Shown piece by piece: positions 1 through 11,499 of a stretch of 64,000 nt of DNA; position 1 is the stretch's first letter, and every line of letters starts with the position of its first letter. Below the pieces are notes generated by a model that had not been told where the DNA came from, made no database searches, and saw nothing but the letters and a program-made list of their open reading frames with translations. The stretch is taken from the NCBI GenBank assembly GCA_022605425.2, contig CM061246.1, positions 930,001-994,000 of the forward strand, read 5' to 3'. This stretch comes from Hamiltosporidium tvaerminnensis FI-OER-3-3 (taxonomy: Eukaryota > Fungi > Microsporidia). The position numbers and the translations under genes are program-made.

Positions 1-630
1 TATATATCTTTGATAGAGTACTGCGATTCAAATACCCGGGATTACACTAAACGGAGTTAATGAAAATGTTCTTGCCATTAAAGAAATAATAAAATTAGCA
101 AAATTACCTGTATCTTTTTACTCTTTAACGCTTGCTGAAATCAAACCTGATAAATCGGAATACAGAAAAGCAAATAATAGAGTCATTATTGAACCTACGG
201 TAATGTATGGTTTGGAAAAACTGCTAGTGGCTAAAAGAGACAAAATTATGTTAGCAATATGAGAAGAAAAAGATACTATGAGGAATACATGTGTTAATAT
301 CTAAACAACCAGATAAAATTAGAAAGAATCAAAAAATATATCAGCTGTATCAAGAAGCTAATTTGGTCACAATAATGAAAAGAAAAACCTAGATGGCTTG
401 AGTATGTAAGAAAAATATGGCCAGGAATTGCTGTTAATAAAATTTTTAGGCCTGCATCCGAAGGTAAGAGAAGACGAGATAGAAAACGAAAAAGATAGCT
501 AAATGATGAGTAGAATAATCTAAAAAACTCAAATATTGCGATACAATTTTTTTTTTGCGCAATAAAGAAGTAAGGAGAAAATTCTTTAAGAAGTTCCGAG
601 CTCCTCAGTAAATGTAGCCTTAAGGAGTAG
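1..630 (+). mobile_element. Decayed 3' fragment of an RTE-clade non-LTR retrotransposon
   Basis: Broken frames read ...RVIIEPTVMYGLEKL...MLAI*EEKIL...GKRRRDRKRKR*LND, resembling the RTE C-terminal signatures (I.P.l.YG.E.W, L..FE.K.LR, GkR.rGR.r.RW.D). Many stops and frameshifts. Confidence 0.55.
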
Positions 631-3600
631 ATTTGCTTTAAATTATATGCTCGAGCTGATGTATGAAATTTTGGTAGACGGATACTTTGAAAAACACAGT
701 TAATTAATCTTTATATATGAAGTAATAGGCTATTTTCATAACACAAAACAGTTATATTTTCATTATGATCGTTATGACTATTTCTGATGTGCAACTTTTC
801 GTAATACTATATAAATAGTACAAATTATTTAAGATAGCTTTCGAGAATCGATTTACTATGAAACATCAACTTTATAATTAGTTTCATTGCTTCTTAATGG
901 CATTATAATAATAAAAAATTCGGTTAAAGAAAATCTATTTTCTATCAAATTTCAGTCCAAGAGGCTTTCATCATTTCTGCTAAAATCTATGCTCTGATGA
1001 CCTATCTTTTTTAAGGAGATAAGATGCAGTTTTGATCTACTTTGTAGTATGAGCTTGAGTTTCGAATGATCCGTAAGGATTTAAAAAATTCATCGTACAA
1101 TACCCAATATGTTAATAATCAATGCCTTAAAACGTATATTTTAATCTTGATATGTAGTTCATTTTACCTAGAAGCAGCAAATAGATATATAAACCTTTAA
1201 TTCTAAACCATATGGTTTAAATTTGAATAGATTCAGGAACCTATTGTACTAATATTAAAATGTTCCGCTTTTTTTAACGCAATATTAATCTACCTACAAT
1301 ATTTATAATAAACTAAGATTTCTTTGAATTAAACCAAATTTTAGCTAAACAGAAGGCCTATAATAGAAAATAGTATGAATGATAAAATAAAAGCAAATTC
1401 TAGCGTTGATATTGTATAAAATAAACTCTTTTGAAATTACATTCAAATAAACCAATTTATAAATATAGAATAAACTTAGTATACTTTTTTTCAATTATTC
1501 TAACACTTCCTAAAGAGGAATTAAGTCTAGGTAGACAGCAAACAAAATACAAGATTTCTCTTTATGAATATAATTGTGCTTATCATACAACAAAGAAACA
1601 TAATAATGAGGTTTGTGAATGCCTTTCGATCGTATTCATGGTTTTTAGGGTCAAGAATAATTTAAAGGTAGGAAATAGAAAAATACATCAGTAGATTTTT
1701 GATTGTTGTTGTTTTATAAAAAGCTCACTTCTTGACTCGAAAATATTTTGCAACATCAAACAAACGAAATATTTTAGCTAAAAGGCACAAGATATAGAAT
1801 AAGCCCATGTCTGAGAATTATTCTAGTAGAAGTGGCTGATTTGCTTGGCTGAATCACTATGTGAATAATTAAAATCAAAATTGAATATATTTATGTTTAG
1901 GCCGTAAAACAGACGTATAATATTCTAGATTGAATTTTAAATGTGCCCTTATAGTTTTCACACAAGAAAAAAATATCGGTTAAATTTTTTAGATTGTTTT
2001 TTATTTGAAATTAAGAACATTGCGAAAAACCATCAATTTAAAGATATCCATGGATTTAATGCCAACTTTATAATTATTAACGCACCATTCATATATACTT
2101 CGTGCTAAAATTGTAATTACTAAGAAATATGGCACAGATCTTAATCAACATAATTTTATATTCTTTCAAAATCACATCTAAGGTTTATAAAACCAAGACA
2201 AAATAGTGGACGTGTAGTTATTGGGTTGTTAAAAAGGCAAAGAAAGGAAATATTAGAACAAAAAGACAAAGCCGTTTTTTGTATTAGAATTACGAAATAT
2301 TTTATAGGTAAGAGGTAAAAGGCAATATTGTAGCATTTTAGCTGGTAAATAGAATGCTTTGTCTCATACATTACAAACTATCGCAAATAAATATATTATT
2401 AAAATTAGGTTACAATGCTTAAAAATACGTTATGAAACTATCGATTTGAGGTTTTAAATGAGGAATGAATAAATCTCTATATAGATACAAAATTTTATTT
2501 GGTCTGAAAATTACGTATAAGAAAATAAATAAAATACGTCATTTTTTGATTTAGATAAAGAGAAATAGAAAAGCGTTTTAGCTCGATGAAAAAAACCAAG
2601 TGCCTGTTCTTGATTTCCACAATGGTAAAACTTAATAACATTGATTTATTGACCTTAGTCAACTTATTATGTGTGAAGTGATTTTATTATTTTTTTATGA
2701 AAAAACCGAACCTAACTTAGTACCACAAACCATATTAATGAAAATATAGGTAAAAGTTAAATTATGCTGTATTAAAAAATAATTCAAAAAAATTTCTGTT
2801 TATTTGGGCGAATTGTATGTTATTTTATAGAACAAATACCTAGATATACTTAAATAATACCAGAATTATGATATAATGAGTTTAAATGTAAAAATAATTA
2901 GAAACACTTCACCACACATAATGATTACCGAAAAAAAATCCGATAGCCAAATACTAGTTTTTTTAAGCGTTAACTCCAAATGAAATGTATGAAAGAGAAT
3001 TGTCAACTAAATATTTGAAATATATTGAATATAAATAATTTTAAGAGATAACATGGAAAAAAGAATGAATATGGCAAAAACTTCATGGTTTTTTGGAATA
3101 GTAAATTAAATCCGAAGTAAACGAATAAATATCTAGGAGCTCTTCTAATGATGACAAAGATATCAGTCCGAAAATAAAAGAGTAAATAAAATCAGGAACT
3201 AGCGAATACTTTGGCCTATAAAAAACCTTAAGATTTCAACCTCGAGTTTGAAAATTATGAGAAATATATACAGAACTATTTTTAACCGAATGTTGACTAA
3301 AGATATGAAACCGAAACATTGACTAAACTTACTGAAGCGATGCTTGACCTACGGGAGCGAAGAATCCTGGGTATAGTATATAAACCAACAAGAAACCAGT
3401 GAGATGAGTGGCGGATTCTTGAAATTTCGAGTTCAATTTATATCAAAATCCAGATTTGGTCGAGTTTCTAAAAAAACCAGGCTTTGGTCGCTGGATTATC
3501 TTGAATGAATATCTGAAAGTCGCGGGAAAAACCGAAATTCTAAAATCTTCGGGTCGCTCGAAAACCGATGGTTAGATGACGTAAAAGCATTTTAGTAGCC

Positions 3601-4405
3601 TTTGTATATATAAAGTTCAAAAACAGGCTCTTAATCATGAAAGCACCATGTTGATTGTAGATAAGGCCTGGGCAAGGTATGAAGCGCAACCTCATTTGCT
3701 AAGTATCTAAAGTTGATATAAACTTCCTTATAGCAGATTTCAATAATAATATAAATGAGAAGAATTGAGTTTTGCGTTAAGAACACAATCTTATTATAAC
3801 CAAAGAGTCAGAAAAGTTCAAAAAACCACCAAACTTTCAAACCGAAAAATTGAATATTTCAAGGGTTGGTCATAAGATATCCGATACTTATACAACAAAA
3901 ATTTCTTGGTTTTTTTCTCGAAAGTAATGTGAATAGTCTGCAAGAAATATCAATATTATATCAATTGCTATAACACCCGATACTCTATAAATCAACCGAC
4001 CTACATATAAATATAATAAAGAATTATTTAGCTTTAATTTAAAATAAAACACACAAAATAGTTTTAATTTTTGAATAAAATTTAATCTTCTTATGAAAAA
4101 AAGTAATTTTTTTAGTCTATATGCTACGGGTAATTTAAATATTTGGGAAATTCGAGAAATTTTTTGATAATCCAAAATAATTTTTTACAGTGCCAGATAA
4201 ATATAAATATAGCTACAATTCTCAAGCCACGTTTAAAATTGATTGTTATTTTGCAATTTTCTTCTAATATGATTGCAGCCAGTACAATCAGTATTTTTTT
4301 AGACCTATTCGTTTATACGATCTGGCACTTCAACGAGTAAACTAATGTTTTCACTCCATATTTATTGAATGTTGGTTGTATTCTAAAAAAAAATACAAGT
4401 ACCGA

Positions 4406-6332
4406 TGTTAACAGATCTAAGGGATATGTGACATCGTTTCAACGAAAGTTGGGATGGAATGTGCTTATCCAAAGGTCAGAATACACAAATTTTCACAAAA
4501 AAGCAATATTTTGAGTAAATATAAAAAGCTAAAATTTCTAAAAGCAAGTTATCATGATGAAAACTCGACGATTATCAGCGTTTACACAAGCTTGACATAT
4601 TAAATATAGGCAAGAAAGAAAAGTAGATTATTCCCATAGAAGAAGATAAAGAACAAATTGGGTTTTATGTACATCGGGAAGAGATATTTCATATTTTGCA
4701 TTATGTATATGTTTGATTAGGCACGGAGGTGGATATCTTAAGAAAAGGAGATTAATTCAAAGTATAAAAACATCATAAGTTTAATGATTTAGCCTATCTA
4801 AAATTGTTTTCTGCGTGCGAAAAAAACTCAATGTCTAAAAAAAGGATTAGTTGTGATACCTATACTCAGTAAAAACATGAATTCGAGATGTAAGGATTTG
4901 ATTGACATGCACTCTCAATCTGATGATCTATATAAATTCATACATGTTTACCAAGACCATTTAAATAAATTTATTCAGCTTCAACCGCTCAATAATAAAA
5001 GTGCAGAAGAAGATGCTTATGTATTTTTGGATATTTTTACTATTTTTGGTGCGCCTAGTATTTTGAAAGGTGATAATGGCAGGGAATCTGAAAACAATAC
5101 CATTAAGAGCTATGTAACATGTAACCAGTGTGTAAGATGACACAAGAAAATCCCAAACACTCTCAAAGTCAATATTCTGTAAAAAGGGAAATCAGGATCT
5201 AAACAACATGCTTGTTCGTCGCTTAAAACTCAAACAGCAGGGAATGATCGGAGGGTTTACACTTTGCTCAGATTATATAAAATAGAGAACATTATAGTGG
5301 AATAAACTGTACCTCGTATAAAGCAATGTTTGGAACTAAGTTGAAAGTTGGTCTCGGAAGTTTTTTAACTAAAAATGTTCTTTTGAATATAAATTGTGAA
5401 GTAGACTTAGAAATATTATTGAAATATCAAGAAAATTTAAAATCTGTGAACGAGGGTATTCTACAAATTAAGCTAGCTGATATAACAACGGGGCAGCATA
5501 ATAATTAGGAAATATTCATGTTTGATTGCTATGATCAATCCTCCACTAGTTTATTTATAGTAAGTTTTACTTTCAATGACATAGAAAGAGAAATAAATAT
5601 TTTTGTTCTATTCGATTTAAAGCCTTTGATCATGAAAAAAAATTAATACAGGTTATGATGAGTGTTGGTGAATTTTATTTAAAAAAAATGAAATCCGAAA
5701 TATTGAAAAACAGAGAGATTCTGGTAATAAATCGAAACTAACAAGAATAAAAAATACTTTGATTCTCTAATTCAAAATACCCCGTTGCAAATAAATGTGA
5801 TATAATAAGAGTTGGAGTTCGGGATGTTGACAGAGATTGCACTGATACAAAAAACATTCTGGCATTGATTCTTTAATAAAAAAATGCTAATCTATATAAA
5901 TTGGGCACGAAAAATGAAATCCTAAATCAACTTTATGTGAGAAATCAGTTTACAATATGCAAGGGAATGTTTATACGCGCCGAAGAAATCCCTAAGTTTA
6001 ATATTTCATTAAAAGAATATGCAAGAATATCATTCAACAACAAATGGCATGATTATGATCGATATGGCTGCAAACCTCGAGCACATCTGAAAAATACAAG
6101 TTTAATAAAGAAAAAAATCTTTTTAACTCGAAATTTTACCAAAAGAAAGCTGCTTTAATAAATAAAAATGCTTGGATTTGAGATATTTTATAGATTTACA
6201 TGTTTTTTCATTATAAGTAACGTTTCTTTATAATTTTTTTACTTTAGTAATATTTTCTCTTGTTTTTATATTCCATTACAAATTTATAAAAAAATTCTCA
6301 AATTTCCCGTAACATATCCCCAGAAATCAACA
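4406..6332 (+). mobile_element. Ginger2/KRBA2(SCAND3)-like integrase-only DNA transposon relic
   Basis: ORF fragments 4853-5140 (MNSRCKDLIDM..YQDHLNKF..LDIFTIFGAPSILKGDNGRE), 5326 (MFG..KVGL) and 5901 (GTKNEILNQLYVRNQF) match the rve integrase of KRBA2-type elements. Degenerate terminal inverted repeats TGTTAACAGATCTAAGGGATATGTGAC (4406) and GTAACATATCCCCAGAAATCAACA (ends 6332). Confidence 0.7.
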
Positions 6333-6458
6333 ATGGAGATAAAATTAGACTAATTGTATTAAAAAAACAATTAAAATATTTATTTTTCAAATTTAATTCC
6401 AAAATATAAACTTTAAAATGAAAATTAATATTTTGTCGAACAATTTTTTTTACTTATT

Positions 6459-6911
6459 TTATATTTTTCTATTATCTAAACACAACCTATAAGCATCGTT
6501 AAGATTCAGATAGTAATTTTCAATAAACATAACCTTTCTAAATCCAATTTTCTCATAAAAATTTAACGAAATATAATTTACAGCTTCTGTCTCTAAATAT
6601 ATCAAATAAATACCATTTTCTTTAAAATTATTTACAGCCATTTGAGTTAAACACTTACCGATTCCAACTCTTCTATATTTTTTATCAACTGCCAACATAC
6701 CCATATATCCAGATTCATCATTCTCAAGTTTGCAAATGATAGCGCCAACAATTTTGTTATCACTGTAGGCAACAAAACAAAATTTTCGGTATTTAATATA
6801 AAAACTTACAAATGTGAAATAACTATAAGGTTCAGAAAGTGTCTCACAAAAAAGCATATAAATTTGTTTTAAATCCATATAATTTGTTAAAGAAGAGTAA
6901 GTTACATCCAT
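6459..6911 (-). CDS. MAK3: N-alpha-acetyltransferase 30 (NatC catalytic subunit, GNAT fold)
   Basis: LSEPYS..F, GYMGMLAVDKKYRRVGIG (acetyl-CoA motif A), LETEAVN..LNFYEKIGF, YYLN..DAYRL. CCC motif ends 2 nt upstream of the ATG. Confidence 0.85.
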   Translation of the reverse strand: MDVTYSSLTNYMDLKQIYMLFCETLSEPYSYFTFVSFYIKYRKFCFVAYSDNKIVGAIICKLENDESGYMGMLAVDKKYRRVGIGKCLTQMAVNNFKENGIYLIYLETEAVNYISLNFYEKIGFRKVMFIENYYLNLNDAYRLCLDNRKI

Positions 6912-7126
6912 AGGGTAAATTATTTTGAAATAATATTTAATTGATTCTAGAAATTCAAACTAGTTTCAACAAAATAGTAGAAAAGTAAATATTTACGAAA
7001 AAGCCCTTTAACTTTATTTATATTTTTAATTTCTCTTCACAAAAACAAAATAATATATTAAAATAGAAGCTTTCTCGGATCAAAATATAGTTTGTTCTGT
7101 TTGAAAATCCATTAAAAAATTTCCTT

Positions 7127-7356
7127 AAATGTAAAATATTTTTAAAATCATTAAATCAACGTTACAGATGGATATATCAGTATTATCGATTAAAAAAAAT
7201 ATAAAATTTAAAATATTTTTAAAATCATTAAATCCACGTTACAGATTCCTAAAACAGTATTAAATTTATTAAAAAATTTAAGAAATTTAAAAAAGTTAAA
7301 ATGTAAATTGTTTCTAAAATAATTAAATCTACATAAAATGATAACAAATCAGTATT
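7127..7356. repeat. Degenerate tandem repeat, three units at ~80-90 bp spacing
   Basis: 38-bp TAAAATATTTTTAAAATCATTAAATC(A/C)ACGTTACAGAT at 7132-7169 and 7209-7246 (1 mismatch). A third, more diverged unit lies at ~7299-7356. Confidence 0.6.
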
Positions 7357-7417
7357 TTGTAATAAAAATACACTTATAATTTTAAATAAATAAATAATAA
7401 GAATTCGAAAAATATTT

Positions 7418-7939
7418 TCATTTACGATCATTAATATCAATTATATGATCTAAATAATCCAGAAAATAATATATCTTTATCCTTAAAGTATCAATATAGA
7501 TATATCCTTGATTTAAAATTTTAGGAAAATCTATATTGTCCTCGAATTCTATAAAAATATAAAAAATATTTTGAGTTGTATTTTGTTTACTAAAAAAAAT
7601 AATTTTCTTTTTGAAATATTTTTCTAGTATTTCAATTTCAATATCTTTCATAGAATAAAGTACAAGTGTTCTACATTCTTTGTCGATATTATAAGTAGCT
7701 CTCACTTGGTTGATTTCTTCGAAAACAATTTTAACTTCTATTTTTTGAATCAAAATCGTATTATTTAGAAATTCTGCTAAATAGATTTCGGAAATATTTT
7801 TATATAAAAAAATGTATTCCGTTTGGTTTTTTGAAGATAAAAAATATTTTCTGTAATAAATTTTGGTATTCATCTTAAATATTTCTTCGATTCTAAAATG
7901 ATTAATAATTTTATCGATATTTCTTACCTTTATGTACAT
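7418..7939 (-). CDS. Hypothetical protein, possibly degenerate RRM-fold
   Basis: 173-aa ORF with CCC 16-18 nt upstream. RTLVLYSM...YIFIEFED...G.IYID..RIKI resembles RNP2/RNP1 spacing. Confidence 0.55.
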   Translation of the reverse strand: MYIKVRNIDKIINHFRIEEIFKMNTKIYYRKYFLSSKNQTEYIFLYKNISEIYLAEFLNNTILIQKIEVKIVFEEINQVRATYNIDKECRTLVLYSMKDIEIEILEKYFKKKIIFFSKQNTTQNIFYIFIEFEDNIDFPKILNQGYIYIDTLRIKIYYFLDYLDHIIDINDRK

Positions 7940-8569
7940 TGATGAAAAAAATGTGGGCTGTGATTGATTGATTTTTGAAATAAAAATCTGATTTTTATTT
8001 CTGAATATTTAAATACCTTTTTTTAGTAGAAAAATGAAGTTTGTTGGCCATTAAGTAAGAATTTTCGTTTATTGCGTGATAAAAAAACTGCGGTATTTTC
8101 CCAAGAAAGATCTAAATATTTGTTTGCAATCAAAAAAACGTCATTATAAATCTTACTATAACCTTAAAAAGCTTACGGATATCTTTTTTAGACAATTTAT
8201 ACAACAAATCTAAAATTTTCATCTTAAGAACACAGAGATTTATCTTTTTTACGTATTCATTGTCATAGAATAATGCAAAGATATAAAAAAACAAAATATT
8301 AAAAAAATTCAACTTAACTCTGAATAATAATTCTAAAGAAGCAAATATAGGCCATAATAAACCCTTTTCTTCTGAATTATACAGAAATTCAAAGCCTGAA
8401 TGATATTTACAAAGAAATTAATATTTTTTAATGTTGTATTAAATCGTCGTGATATGCTTGAATATGAATTTGAACAAATTAAAAAGACTCAAATCATTTT
8501 AAAATACCATTTAACAAAGTTATTGGTTTTTTACTATAATATTTATTTAAAAGTATCACATCTTTTTTA

Positions 8570-9275
8570 AAACAGTGGCAAGTGTTATATTTGTTTTCAT
8601 GACATTAACGCAGTTCTAGGTTTAACATAAATAACTGCTACCCCAAAACTCCATCAGTAACCCCTGCGATACCTACGTCCCAAAGCCTTTCATCTACCAG
8701 GTGTGTAGAACCTAATTACTAGGCGAGGCAGTTGCCCGGAGTTCTTTAATGTCCGTTGCATGGAGTGTGATCGAAGGCCGAAGCCCCCCCCTGGGCTCCC
8801 CCAAGACTATGCAGCATTCCCACTTACTCTACACTTTCTGAACCCAATAAACTTCTAGCTAAGATATATTTCAGAGATTTACATGAGGTCCACCTAGACA
8901 GTGCAATGTCATACCAACAGGTATAACCTGCTACTTAGCTCTCCCGGCTTTTGATGGTTTTTTGTTTTATATCTCCCAGGCGCTAAGTCTTCTAACCCGA
9001 GTGAGCAAGGCTAGGTTTCCATGCTTTTACATGGCAATTACCTACATGTTCAGCTGCGGTCTGCAATCTGGTTACATAAAAAACTACAAATAAATTTGTA
9101 GAAAAAGTTTCTCCATTTCTTAGACCTCTTCTCTTCATAACAACTCCCATGGAACAACCGAAGATGCAGTGTGGTTTTATTCCCACCAAAAATCCAAACA
9201 ATGATCTCACACCAGTTTCACACACTCATTGCCAAGCAGAAAGTTTTTTATGTGGTTATCCTCCCTCCACAGTTT
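8570..9275 (-). ncRNA. Candidate structured non-coding RNA (~700 nt), family unassigned
   Basis: GC-enriched island with no convincing ORF and ends that can pair. It has about 10 hairpins/stems, including two C(UUCG)G tetraloops and a GCAA tetraloop on the minus strand. Confidence 0.4.
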
Positions 9276-9650
9276 ACTATAATATTAATAAAGAAATAAT
9301 TTTAAATTTGCTATCCATCCTTTAAAGTTATTGTATTTTGCAACAAAAACCAAAGCTCATAAAAAACGATATAAATTCTATTGTGATTATTATAAATAAG
9401 CAGTAAAGTTATATTTAAATAAAAATCAGAAGCAAAAGTTTTGTATTGAACATAAATAAAATTTATTTTTTAGAATTTACAATCAAAATCAAAACGAAAT
9501 GGTTTTTTGTTCAAACAATTAAAATAATTAATATATTATGAATATGAATATGAAATACATTTATGATATATAAAATTAATTAAAAAAAAAATAAATTAAT
9601 TGTATTTTCTTCTAAATAAGTTATAGAGGCTTGATAATATATAAATATGA

Positions 9651-10578
9651 CTTGACATTAAGCTCGTAGAAACAAACTTTCTTTTACATTCATAAGAAAA
9701 AATGCTAAATAATTTTAAGTTTTATTATCTGGGCTATATTTTCTTAACCTTTATAATGAGAATTTCTTAGCCTCATCTGGGCTGTTTCTCGTATATTTTT
9801 TTAGTCTTTCATTTCCAAATTATTACCCGCTTTGAGCAATTTTCCAATAAAAATTTAGGATTTTTTAACTACCTATTTCTCTTCCTCTTTTATATTTACT
9901 TCCAATTTTTCAGAGATTCAGCTCGGCTTTCATATTTAATCTGTTCACTTTTTACCTATTTTTATTTTTTCTTTCATTTTTCTCAGTGAAATTTATTGTT
10001 GTGAAGTGTTTTATTTGTCTGAAAAAAACCGTACTATTACACAATTTTTTGCTTTTTTATTCATTGTATAAATTCTCAGTTATTTTTATCAAAAATCTTT
10101 CAATATAATCAAGTATAAAGTTCCACGAAACTATCCAATTAATTTTTTTTTGTAATTATAATTGAGAATATAAATATGTTACATAGAAGAATGGTGGAAA
10201 AGTATCAATCATATCCTACAATTTTTATGTAACTGTAAACTTCTTTAAAGAAACTCAAGTAAGTGATGTAATTTTTTTAAAAAATGAAAAATTTAGAAAA
10301 ATTAGAAACCAAATTTATTATGTTATTCTCAATAAATACTAAAATCTATAAACAATTTTAACAATTTTTAGCTCAAGTATTTTTGTTGAACTATATAATT
10401 TATTAAAAAGTTTTATATTCAACTCTAATCACTATTGTTGGTTGTATAAGATTCATGAACAAATAGAAAGGTAAATATTCAGATTTGTGCCCTCTTATTG
10501 GTATCTTATAGTCTATTAACCAATTAAACATTTCGAGGTGAGCCGTCGTCGTCGGGACATATTGAATAAGTTAAATGA
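9651..10578 (-). mobile_element. Non-autonomous Helitron, copy 1 (928 bp)
   Basis: Minus strand A|TCATTTAACTTATTCAATATGTCCCGACGACGACGG ... AAGTTTGT-TTCT-ACGAGCTT hairpin, AATGT, CAAG|T. Collinear with copies 2 and 3. No TSD; inserted in an A|T site. Confidence 0.8.
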
Positions 10579-11499
10579 TGGTGACTAGATTATGTTTGAG
10601 AGAACCAAAATAAGGCATTGATAGAAGGGTATCTTCTTGTGTGAATGTTTAAATAACTTTTATCAATTGCTTAGTAAATTAAAATTTATTTAAGATTTTT
10701 TTTAGTTTCGGATTAATTTCATGTAAAAACTTATATGTTTGAAAAAATATAAAATTTTGAGCTATGGATTCTTAATTTTATGTAAATAAAAATGGTTCTT
10801 CTAAATAAATATGAAATACAATCATGGTTAAAATTCTTCAAAAAATATAAAAACCAATGAATTTATATCGAAATTTGCAGGTTTTTCTAGGAAACTTAGT
10901 ATTTACAATAAATTACCTCTGCTTATATTTTGAAATGTACAATATTGTATCATAATTTATATAACAGATCATATTAAGAAAATTTTTAATTGAAATTCAA
11001 AATTTATACAAGAAAATAGGTTTAAATATTGTCAGTACATATAAAGTTTTGAGCTCATACCTAAAAAATATGAAAATTGTTTTTTTAATATTAAAATAAA
11101 AAATATTTGTATTATATATTACTTTTGCAAATATATATTCAATATAGATTGCAACATTCTAATAATCTTTTTGTTTTAAATAATATTCTTCTTTTTTAGT
11201 TATACTTTGAAGAAAAATAATATTTTTCATATTTAATATTTATATAAATATAAGAATAAAATCATAAGCAATAAAAAAATGATAATTGGTAATTACAACT
11301 CAAATTGGTTTTGTATCTAAAAGAAAGATATTTTATACATAGATTTTCTATCTTAAAAGCTTGTAGTATATAATCATTTTAACTTGATTAAAGCTTCTAT
11401 CGTAAATTTATTTTGAATTGCTTTTATTCACTTTTAATTTCTTGTTTCTAAGGAACTTAAATAAGAATTTACTAAATAAATTCTAAGTTAAATTCAGAA

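Noticed and set aside
990-1030. CTGATGA hammerhead-like core
   Set aside because: No GAAA after stem II and no closing stems.
1700-3880. Faint pogo/Tc1-like ghosts and a short inverted repeat (2665/2905)
   Set aside because: Too decayed to support a family call; no TIR/TSD pair.
8897-8910. AUUGCAC hairpin loop like U1 snRNA stem-loop II
   Set aside because: The ACUUAC 5' motif (8822) is on the opposite strand, and no U1 order of SL1, SL2 and Sm site can be built.
8860-9065. Group I intron-like words (ACCGCAGC, GACUUA, AUAGUC, AAGAUAUA)
   Set aside because: The words are on mixed strands, there is no room for P4-P5, and there is no host exon.
9149-9325. 58-codon plus-strand ORF (MEQPKMQCGF...) directly preceded by CCC
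   Set aside because: No recognisable domain and no AT-rich promoter context. The CCC is explained by the C-rich island. Kept only as an alternative explanation.
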